DNA of 64,000 bases from Methylocella sp. (GTDB taxonomy: Bacteria > Pseudomonadota > Alphaproteobacteria > Rhizobiales > Beijerinckiaceae), in the NCBI GenBank assembly GCA_050728655.1, contig JBOHJQ010000001.1:7146-71145 (forward strand), in the 5' to 3' direction. Below, in pieces: positions 9,828 through 17,149 of this stretch. Every line of letters begins with the position of its first letter. Position 1 is the first letter of the stretch. The position numbers and the translations under genes were made by a program. The notes beneath the pieces are model-generated. The model was not told where the DNA came from and made no database searches. It saw only the letters and a program-made list of their open reading frames with translations.

Positions 9828-11713
9828 TAACTGCCTGTGGACGAGTTCGCGTGGACGATCGGCGAACGGGCGCGGTTCTGGCGCGCGCGCCGTTGGAGTG
9901 CCGCATGCGCCGCGGCTTGCGAAGTGGCGTCGGCCGCTGACGCTCCGGACAGTCGGCCGTGCAAAAGGCGGATTGTTGGCAGGTCGAACAAATCCTGGAT
10001 CGAAATCTGTCCCGGGAAAAGCCGTTCGACGTCGTCATACACACCAAGGAGCTGAAGGGAAGTGCCGCCGAGGTCGAAAAAGTTTTGGTTAACATCGACG
10101 GTTTCCAGCTGAAGGTGATGGCGCCACAAATCGATCAGCATGGCCTCGATTGGGGCGGCATAATGGGGGTCCGAGGATTTTTTCGCCCGCACGTTAGCGG
10201 CCATGTGGCTCAGGGCGAGGCGGTCGATCTTGCCGGTCTGGGTTAGCGGAAATTCGTCAACCATCTCCAGGCGCGCCGGGATCATGTGCGGCGGCAAATA
10301 GCTCGTGGCGGCCTCCCGGAAAGCCGCTTCCGTGAGGGAGGCGTCTTTGCGTGGAATGACGAAGGCGACAAGATGCTTTGCACCATCCGCCAGGGTGCAG
10401 GCGACAATGGCTATGTCCGTGAGCGGGAGTTGCCGCCGTAACACGATTTCCACATGTTCGGGCTCAATTCTGTAGCCATTCAACTTGAACTGGTTATCCA
10501 TGCGGCCGAGAAAATGCAGCAGGCCCGCCTGGTCGCGCCGGACGAGATCGCCGGTGCGGTAAAGCCGTTGCCCCGGACCTTGCGCGAAACGGTCCTCGAT
10601 GAATTTTTGTTGCGTGAGCTCGGGAGCGTTAAGATAACCGTGCGCGAGCCCAGTCCCGCCAACATAGAGCTGTCCCGCCGAGCCTTCGGGGACTAGGCGC
10701 ATTTCGTCATCGAGAATACGCAAAACCGTGCCCGCGATCGGCCGGCCGATAGGCACTGGCGTATCGACCGGCAAATCCGGCGGCGCCGTGAAAGTCGTGG
10801 TGAAGGTCGTGTTCTCGGTCGGTCCATAAGCGACGATGAAACGACCGGGACCGAGAAGCCGTGCCGCCGTGGCGGCATGCGTGGGCGACATGACGTCGCC
10901 GCCTGCGATTAAATAGCGAAGCTTTCGCAATGGCTCCGGACACTGATCGATCATAAGGTTGAAGAGACCGCTCGTAAGAAACAGCGTGGTCACGCCTTGT
11001 TCCTCGATCGCGGCGGCTATCTCGCTGAAGCTGAGCAAGCCCGCTCCTGGAACCACCAGCTCGGCACCGTTGAGTAGCGCGCCCCAAATCTCGAATATCG
11101 AAGCATCGAAGCCTAAAGGCGACAACTGCAGAAAAATTTGATCGTCGGTAAACCGCATATAGCCGGGATTTTTGACCAGCCGAACAATGGCGCGATGCGG
11201 GATAACGACGCCTTTCGGCTCTCCCGTGGAGCCGGAGGTGAACATGACGCAGGCGGGATCCGAGCCGGCGATTTTCGCGGCCTCGCCCCGCCGGCCGGCG
11301 GGCACCGCCGATGGCCCGGCATCACCATCGATCACCGGCACCGCCGCGGCGAGTTGCGGGAAACGCCGCAGCGTTGCACCGTTCGATACGACACATTTCA
11401 ATTTGTGCCGCTGGATAACATCGAGAATGGCTTGCGGCGGGCTGCGTGGGTCGAGCGGCACGAACGCCCCGCCTGCTTTAAGCACCGCCAGGAAGGACGT
11501 GACGGTGGCCAACGAGCGGTCGAGGAGGATGCCCGCGAGCGCGCCTTGTTGAATTCCAGCGGCGGTGAGCCGGTCGCAAAGCGCGTCTGTCCGGGCATCG
11601 AGGCCGGCGTAGGTCAATCTTTCGGTGCCGCTCCGGACCGCGAAAAACCCGGGCTTTTCCGTGGCCTGAATTTGAAAACATTGGGGCACATCATCGAAAT
11701 CGTTTCCAGACAT
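9827..11713 (-). CDS. Stand-alone NRPS adenylation-PCP didomain protein (probable loading module)
   Basis: 628-aa ORF with A-domain core motifs LKAGGAFVPLDP, MFTSGSTGEPKG, FDAS, AYGPTE, QLYVGGTGLAHGY, YRTGD, GRMDNQFKLNGYRIEPEHVE and TGKIDR, followed by the PCP motif FFDLGGTSLQLL. Its TAA stop shares one nt with the ATG of the megasynthase (TAATG at 9825-9829). GAGG sits 8 nt upstream of the ATG. Confidence 0.93.
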   Translation of the reverse strand: MSGNDFDDVPQCFQIQATEKPGFFAVRSGTERLTYAGLDARTDALCDRLTAAGIQQGALAGILLDRSLATVTSFLAVLKAGGAFVPLDPRSPPQAILDVIQRHKLKCVVSNGATLRRFPQLAAAVPVIDGDAGPSAVPAGRRGEAAKIAGSDPACVMFTSGSTGEPKGVVIPHRAIVRLVKNPGYMRFTDDQIFLQLSPLGFDASIFEIWGALLNGAELVVPGAGLLSFSEIAAAIEEQGVTTLFLTSGLFNLMIDQCPEPLRKLRYLIAGGDVMSPTHAATAARLLGPGRFIVAYGPTENTTFTTTFTAPPDLPVDTPVPIGRPIAGTVLRILDDEMRLVPEGSAGQLYVGGTGLAHGYLNAPELTQQKFIEDRFAQGPGQRLYRTGDLVRRDQAGLLHFLGRMDNQFKLNGYRIEPEHVEIVLRRQLPLTDIAIVACTLADGAKHLVAFVIPRKDASLTEAAFREAATSYLPPHMIPARLEMVDEFPLTQTGKIDRLALSHMAANVRAKKSSDPHYAAPIEAMLIDLWRHHLQLETVDVNQNFFDLGGTSLQLLGVYDDVERLFPGQISIQDLFDLPTIRLLHGRLSGASAADATSQAAAHAALQRRARQNRARSPIVHANSSTGS

Positions 11714-11809
11714 CGAATCGCCTCAAAAATACGTCGTCGACAAAAAACGGCTGTGAACATAGTCTAACGCTTTAGTCTTTGAAACCCCCCAAATGGGGGA
11801 GGAGGCAAC

Positions 11810-11930
11810 AAAAACGGCATGTTTATGTTGCTTAGTTTTATGATGTATCATGAAATGCAATATTCATCAAGCTAGAATTAAGGCTAAAAAATTACGGTCT
11901 CTGTTATTTATTTTTCATTTGTTGTAAGTA
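11810..11930 (-). promoter_or_regulatory. Strongly AT-rich block upstream of the NRPS-PKS operon (candidate promoter or silencer-binding region)
   Basis: The run gtttatgttgcttagttttatgatgtatcatgaaatgcaatattcatcaagctagaattaaggctaaaaaattacggtctctgttatttatttttcatttgttgtaagta contrasts sharply with the GC-rich surroundings. It lies ~100-200 nt upstream of the first gene of the operon. No specific -35/-10 assignment was made. Confidence 0.3.
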
Positions 11931-12477
11931 ACGGGCACCCGCTCGATCTTCCAGGCATCCGTTTTGCCGTCGCTGGCGACCGACACCTCGCGTAAAAAAT
12001 CCCTCGCGAATCATGTTCTTAGGAGACTCCGGACGACGTTCTCCGAATTTGCCTTGGCGGCGGAATGCCCGAGGAATGCAGCGAAGCTCTTGGCGGCCCG
12101 GACCTCGCCTATCTGGTTCTGCGGGGGAATTTGTCCTTTTGTTAAAATTGGGTCATAAAAGTTTCGTTGCTACCTCATATAGGGAGTTTTGACAACGACA
12201 GCAGGCTTTCGCCCCTGGACCGGGCATCCGGTTTGCAGCGCCAGCGCTTGTCCGCAAATCGGAACGTGGCCCAATTTGGCACCGAGGCTGAAACGCCTGA
12301 GCGTCACGATCCTGCCCCCAGGTCCGTTTTTCCGTTGCCGAGTCGCACCGCGATCATCAAGACTTAACTGAAGCGCATCTTCGCAAGTCCTTGAGGATCT
12401 CAAGCGTCAATCGTCCCTAGCACCGCCGAGGGCGAGGATTCAAGCTCCAATTCGAAGGCGGAAGATGTGCATCGGTA

Positions 12478-12715
12478 AGCAGGGGCTGAAGCTACCGCAG
12501 CCATCTCGGTCGCCGTTGAACGTGCTATAGCGTGTACCCTGGCAACGATCGAGGACGATCAGATTTTCGTGCAGCCGATGTTGAATGAAGCGTCGATGGC
12601 CGGCGTGGCCGTCACTCGCGAACTACATGGTGGTGGACCCTACGTGGTCATTAATTTGGACGATCGCTCCGGGCGCTGCGATCTTGTGACGTCCGGAACC
12701 GGCCTATCAGCAAGG
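12478..12715 (+). pseudogene. Fragment resembling the PEP/pyruvate-binding (PPDK_N-type) domain of a PEP-utilising enzyme
   Basis: The in-frame translation is AGAEATAAISVAVERAIACTLATIEDDQIFVQPMLNEASMAGVAVTRELHGGGPYVVINLDDRSGRCDLVTSGTG. As I recall the family consensus, it resembles the segment mAvlVQpMv...sGVafTrd..tg.pYyvInyDD.sG.td.vTSG of PEP-synthase-like proteins. A stop lies immediately upstream, there is no start codon context, and the similarity ends at ~12715. Confidence 0.45.
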
Positions 12716-12734
12716 CGCGCTACCGCCCGCGGTG

Positions 12735-12905
12735 ACGGCAAGGGTCACGGTGGAAGAAACCTCACCAATCGGTTGGGAGAGATTTGCTGGGCCATGCGGC
12801 GTAGTCCTCGGAATGCGCAGCCTTGGCATGTCGGCGCCGATGAAGATCGCCGAGAGTTTCGGGCTCGGGGCCGAGCATGTGGCGCCGCCGCCAAAAGCTC
12901 CCGGC
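12735..12905 (+). pseudogene. tkt: Relic of the 3' end of a transketolase gene (last ~55 codons only)
   Basis: ARVTVEETSPIGWERFAGPCGVVLGMRSLGMSAPMKIAESFGLGAEHVA matches the transketolase C-terminus pattern (..vavEA....gW.ryvG..G.viGm..FGaSAP...l...FG.t.e.Vv). Nothing of the preceding ~600 aa is present. Confidence 0.6.
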
Positions 12906-12965
12906 GCGGCGCGGCGGGCGGAACAAGCGCGCAGGATGATACGTTTCGCGCATAGGAGAACGCAG

Positions 12966-13994
12966 ATGCAACTTGGCATGATCGGACTTGGCCGAATGGG
13001 TGCAAATATGGTGACGCGGCTCATAAGGGCCGGTCACGAATGCATCGTTTACGACAGCCACCCGGAACCGGTGCGGGAACTGGTCAAGCAGGGGGCCGTG
13101 GGCTTGACCAGTCTGGCGGCGCTCGTGCAGAGTCTGTCAAAGCCCCGGGCCGTGTGGCTGATGGTGCCGGCCGCGGCAGTCGATCCCGTGCTTGGTTCCC
13201 TGACACCGCTGCTCGAATCGGGCGACATCGTGGCCGATGGGGGGAACTCCTACTACCATGACGACATCCGCCGCGCGACTCGGCTTAAGCAAGCTGGAAT
13301 TCATTATGTCGACGTCGGCGTAAGCGGAGGAGTATGGGGTTTGGAGCGTGGCTACTGCCAAATGATCGGCGGCGAGCCCGAGATAGTACAGTATCTCGAT
13401 CCGATCTTTCGCGCTTTGGCGCCGGGAGTGGCCGCCGCGCCCCGCACCCCAGGCGCAACTGGCGATCCAAAGCAGTCCGAATGTGGCTATCTCCATTGTG
13501 GTCCGAATGGCGGCGGTCATTTTGTCAAAATGGTCCATAATGGCATCGAATATGGCATCATGGCCGCCTATTCAGAAGGTTTGAACATTATCAAGAACGC
13601 CAATGCCGGCCGTGTGAGCCGCGCGGCAGATGCGGAGACGACGCCGTTGCGTAATCCAGAATTCTATCGATTCGCGTTCGACATCGCTGAGATCGCCGAG
13701 GTCTGGCGGCGCAGCAGCGTCATCGGCTCATGGTTGCTGGATCTTACCGCCGCGGCGCTACGCAAGAATTCGGAGCTGACGAGCTTCGCAGGACATGTCT
13801 CGGATTCCGGCGAGGGACGCTGGACGCTGCAGGCAGCGATCGACGAAGGAGTCCCGGTCCCCGTGATCAGCGCCGCCTTATTTGGGCGTTTCGAGTCCCG
13901 CGGGCTTGCCGACTATGCGGACAAGCTGCTGTCGGCAATGCGCTACGAATTCGGCGGCCACGTCGAGAAACCCGCAAGCACGGAAACGACTTGA
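12966..13994 (+). CDS. gnd: 6-phosphogluconate dehydrogenase, decarboxylating (short Gnd/YqeC-like form)
   Basis: I place the start at MQLGMIGLGRMGANMV (Rossmann GxGxxG) rather than the track start 12732, which fuses it to the tkt relic. Supporting motifs are DGGNSYY, VDVGVSGGVWG, GHFVKMVHNGIEYG and a C-terminal YEFGGH. Confidence 0.9.
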   Translation: MQLGMIGLGRMGANMVTRLIRAGHECIVYDSHPEPVRELVKQGAVGLTSLAALVQSLSKPRAVWLMVPAAAVDPVLGSLTPLLESGDIVADGGNSYYHDDIRRATRLKQAGIHYVDVGVSGGVWGLERGYCQMIGGEPEIVQYLDPIFRALAPGVAAAPRTPGATGDPKQSECGYLHCGPNGGGHFVKMVHNGIEYGIMAAYSEGLNIIKNANAGRVSRAADAETTPLRNPEFYRFAFDIAEIAEVWRRSSVIGSWLLDLTAAALRKNSELTSFAGHVSDSGEGRWTLQAAIDEGVPVPVISAALFGRFESRGLADYADKLLSAMRYEFGGHVEKPASTETT

Positions 13995-15383
13995 ATGCGC
14001 CACGCGGCCTCCGATGCGATCGTCTTCTTTGGTGCCACGGGCGACCTTGCCAAAAAGCAGATCTTTCCCGCATTGCAGGGCCTGGCTCGCGACGAAGGAC
14101 TGGATGTGCCGATCATCGGTGTTGCCAAGGCGGGATGGTCGCTCTCCCAATTGCAGGCGCGCGCCAAGGAGAGCATCTCCAGCCAGGGCAGTCTCGACGC
14201 CAAAGCCTTTGCCAAGCTCACCAGTCTGCTCCGCTATGTTGACGGCGACTACAATGATCCATCAACCTATGTGCGGCTGCGCCAGGAACTAGGCGAAGCA
14301 AGGCGACCGCTGCATTATCTCGCCATTCCTCCGAGCCTGTTTGCGATAGTGGCGGAAGGGCTCGCAAAACAAGGCGCCGGAACGGACGCACGCCTCGTTG
14401 TAGAAAAGCCTTTCGGCCACAATAGAGAGTCGGCACGCCAGCTCGATCGCATTCTCAACCGCTTCTTTCCAGAAGAAAACATCTTCCGGATCGATCACTA
14501 CCTCGGCAAGGAACCGGTGCAGAATATACTTTATACGCGATTTGCGAATTCGATGTTCGAACCGATCTGGAACCGCACCTACGTCAACAGCATTCAGATC
14601 ACCATGGCCGAGAGCTTCGGGGTGCAAGATCGAGGCAAATTCTATGATGAGACAGGCGCCATTCGCGATGTATTTCAGAACCACATGCTGCAGGTGCTCG
14701 CTAGCCTGACCATGGATCCGCCGACTGGTGAGGAATCCGACGCCGTGCGCGAGCAGAAGGCGGGTTTGCTGAAGGCTCTGCGACCGCTCGATGCGGCGCA
14801 TGTCGTTCGCGGTCAATATGCGGGCTATCAATCGGTGCCGGGCGTGAAGGCCGGCTCGACCGTCGAGACATTTGTCGCGGCCAAACTTTTCATCGATTCC
14901 TGGCGGTGGGCCAGCGTGCCGATTTACATTCGCGCCGGCAAGGCGCTCCCGGTGACGGCCACGGAGATAATGGTGGATTTCAAAAGACCACCGCGAGAAA
15001 CCTTCGCGGAGATTATTCCCGCCGCGTCGGGCCATATGCGGCTGCGGATCAGCCCAGACGTCACCATCGCGCTGGGTGTGCGGGTCAAACATCCAGGCGA
15101 GGGCATGAGTGGCGAGGACGTCGAGCTGATCCTGACCGAGCAGACGACGGCTTTCATCCCGCCCTATCAGCGTCTGCTTGGCGACGCTATGCATGGAATC
15201 GGGGATCTTTTCGGCCGGCAGGACATTGTCGACGCTCAATGGCGCATCGTGGAGCCGGTCCTGGACGAGGAGGCGCCGCCGAATACCTACGCAAAGGGAA
15301 GCTGGGGACCGGAGGAGGCCAGCCGCCTGATCGGGCCGGACGGCCCGTGGCACGATCCGGAGCAAGCGGTCCTGCGCCCATGA
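13995..15383 (+). CDS. zwf: Glucose-6-phosphate 1-dehydrogenase
   Basis: VFFGATGDLAKKQIFPAL (NADP site), EKPFGH and RIDHYLGKEPVQN (active-site motif). The ATG directly follows the gnd TGA. Confidence 0.95.
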   Translation: MRHAASDAIVFFGATGDLAKKQIFPALQGLARDEGLDVPIIGVAKAGWSLSQLQARAKESISSQGSLDAKAFAKLTSLLRYVDGDYNDPSTYVRLRQELGEARRPLHYLAIPPSLFAIVAEGLAKQGAGTDARLVVEKPFGHNRESARQLDRILNRFFPEENIFRIDHYLGKEPVQNILYTRFANSMFEPIWNRTYVNSIQITMAESFGVQDRGKFYDETGAIRDVFQNHMLQVLASLTMDPPTGEESDAVREQKAGLLKALRPLDAAHVVRGQYAGYQSVPGVKAGSTVETFVAAKLFIDSWRWASVPIYIRAGKALPVTATEIMVDFKRPPRETFAEIIPAASGHMRLRISPDVTIALGVRVKHPGEGMSGEDVELILTEQTTAFIPPYQRLLGDAMHGIGDLFGRQDIVDAQWRIVEPVLDEEAPPNTYAKGSWGPEEASRLIGPDGPWHDPEQAVLRP

Positions 15384-16093
15384 CCAATATGCATGACCTC
15401 GTCTTTCTTTTCGATGTCGACAACACGCTTCTTGATAATGATCGCGTCGAGGCCGATCTCGCGGCCCATCTGGCCGAGGCATATGGGGCGGATGCCTGCA
15501 AGCTTTACTGGGACATTTTTGAAAAACTGCGGCAAGAGCTCGGCTATGCTGATTACCTCGGCGCGCTGGAACGATTCCGGCTTGAAAAGGTGCACGATCC
15601 AAGGGTGCTGCGGATGTCAAGCTGGCTCGTCGATTATCCGTTTGCCGACCGGCTTTATGCAGGCGCGCTTAATGCCATCAAGCACGTACAGCAATGGGGT
15701 CTTGCGGTAATCCTCTCCGATGGCGACGCGGTGTTCCAGCCCCGGAAGGTCGAGCGCTCCGGACTTTGGGCAGCCGTCGACGGCCGCGTGCTTATTTATG
15801 TCCACAAGGAGCGGGAACTTGCCGATGTCGAGCGCTTTTATGCGGCTAGGCGGTATTTCATGGTCGATGATAAGCTGCGCATCCTAAACGCGGTCAAGCA
15901 AGTGTGGGGCGAGCGCGTCACCACCATTTTTGTGAAACAAGGCCACTACGCCCGAGACGCGAAATTTCTCGCCGGCTGTCAGGCGGCCGACGTTCAATTG
16001 GACCATCTCAGCGATATAAACAATTGCACCTCGGCTGCGTTCATGACCGCGCCTGGGAGACGAAACCATGCAAGCAACAACAATACTGCATGA
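15380..16093 (+). CDS. HAD-superfamily hydrolase
   Basis: I place the start at MTNMHDLVFLFDVDNTLLDND (DxDxT motif I), with the ATG overlapping the zwf stop (ATGA at 15380-15383). The later SDGD and MVDDK motifs are consistent with HAD motifs II-IV. The longer track ORF from 14906 is an out-of-frame overlap with zwf. Confidence 0.8.
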   Translation: MTNMHDLVFLFDVDNTLLDNDRVEADLAAHLAEAYGADACKLYWDIFEKLRQELGYADYLGALERFRLEKVHDPRVLRMSSWLVDYPFADRLYAGALNAIKHVQQWGLAVILSDGDAVFQPRKVERSGLWAAVDGRVLIYVHKERELADVERFYAARRYFMVDDKLRILNAVKQVWGERVTTIFVKQGHYARDAKFLAGCQAADVQLDHLSDINNCTSAAFMTAPGRRNHASNNNTA

Positions 16094-16290
16094 TCTTGGC
16101 CATAGTCTTTGGCTTGATAACATAACTCGTGATCTCACCAGCGGCGCACTGGCGGCATATGCCAGAGCAGGCATCGAAGGCGCAGCGCTGGCGAGCCAGC
16201 TTCCGATGCAAAGGGGAAAAATCATTCGACGAGTCTTGGCAAGATGTGCTGGACGCAACTGGAACAGAGAGCCGGCTTTGGCCTAGTTAA
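16068..16290 (+). pseudogene. tal: Internally deleted, frameshifted transaldolase relic
   Basis: MQATTILHDLGHSLWLDNITRDLTSGALAAY matches a transaldolase N-terminus (L..LGQS.WLDni.R.ll.sG.L). About 30 codons later, in the +1 frame, KGEKSFDESWQDVLDATG resembles a transaldolase C-terminus (G..sF..sw..LL..i). The ~300 central codons are missing. Confidence 0.55.
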
Positions 16291-16330
16291 TCGAATGAGC
16301 GGATCGTGACGCAGCTGAGGTGTCTTTCCA

Positions 16331-17143
16331 ATGCTTGAGGCTGCAGCTCACTTGCTTTCCGATTTGCCCACCACTCTAGCCGTCATCGTATCGCTCCTTG
16401 TCGGCGCGGGACTGTCGGCGCTTGGCCTATTGCTGGTCCACCCGATCTTGCCGCATAATGTGCGCGCTGTTCACAACGACGTGTCGGGCTTCATGTTCGC
16501 GACGGTCGGCACCACTTACGCCGTCTTGCTCGCGTTCGTCGCGGTGGCCGTCTGGCAAAATTTTGCTCAAATCGAAACTCAAGTGCAAACGGAAGCCAAT
16601 CTCGTTGGTAATCTATATCGCGACACTGTGGGGTTTCCAGAACCCTCGGCTTCAAGATTGCGGCACTTTCTCTTTGTCTACGCGGAAATCGTCGTGCAGG
16701 ACGAGTGGCCGGCCTTGGCCGCCGGACGTGCAGACGAGGCCCCGGGTTGGCAATTAATGGACAAGTTTCACTCCGAGCTTCTGCAATTTCAAGCAAATGA
16801 TCAAAGTGTCGGCCTTATGCGCGCCGACGCCATCAAAACTTTGAACCAGCTTTACGACGCCCGCCGCGGCCGCTTCCACGCCGCGACCTCGGAATTGCCG
16901 CCGATCTTGTGGTGGAATCTCATTGCCGGGGCAGTGATATTAATGATGTTCACCTATCTTTTCGGCGCGCCACGCTTATGGATGCATCTGGTTACGGTGT
17001 CGCTGCTTGGAGCTTTGATTGGCCTCATTATGGCGCTCGTCGTCTTGCTCAATAATCCGTTCCGGGGACCGAATCATGTGTCCATTGCGCCATTCCATAG
17101 ACTCGTAAAGTCCGTGGAGGCGATGGCATATCCTCACGATTAG
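16331..17143 (+). CDS. DUF4239-like integral membrane protein
   Basis: 270-aa ORF with N-terminal and C-terminal hydrophobic helices. These include LAVIVSLLVGAGLSALGLLLV, FATVGTTYAVLLAFVAVAVW, ILWWNLIAGAVILMMF and LLGALIGLIMALVVLL. The central YDARR segment is typical of the DUF4239 family as I recall it. Confidence 0.7.
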   Translation: MLEAAAHLLSDLPTTLAVIVSLLVGAGLSALGLLLVHPILPHNVRAVHNDVSGFMFATVGTTYAVLLAFVAVAVWQNFAQIETQVQTEANLVGNLYRDTVGFPEPSASRLRHFLFVYAEIVVQDEWPALAAGRADEAPGWQLMDKFHSELLQFQANDQSVGLMRADAIKTLNQLYDARRGRFHAATSELPPILWWNLIAGAVILMMFTYLFGAPRLWMHLVTVSLLGALIGLIMALVVLLNNPFRGPNHVSIAPFHRLVKSVEAMAYPHD

Positions 17144-17149
17144 CGTAAC

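Noticed and set aside
2417-9830. Many long plus-strand ORFs inside the megasynthase gene, for example 8109-9830 (573 aa), 3207-4487 (426 aa) and 2737-3486 (249 aa).
   Set aside because: They are antisense to a gene with continuous, motif-rich NRPS/PKS domains. Their translations are Arg/Gly/Ala-rich with no motifs, which is the typical GC-rich antisense artefact.
11940-12160. Minus-strand reading DFLREVSVASDGKTDAWKIERVPVTYNK* and, upstream of it, ANSENVVRSLLRT, which could be pieces of a small NTF2/SnoaL-like gene.
   Set aside because: Only ~30 codons are open in each frame, with stops and frameshifts between them. The similarity is impressionistic and not enough to call even a pseudogene.
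14289-15620. 443-aa minus-strand ORF overlapping zwf.
   Set aside because: It is antisense to an unambiguous zwf (RIDHYLGKE motif) and its own translation is low-complexity and Arg-rich.
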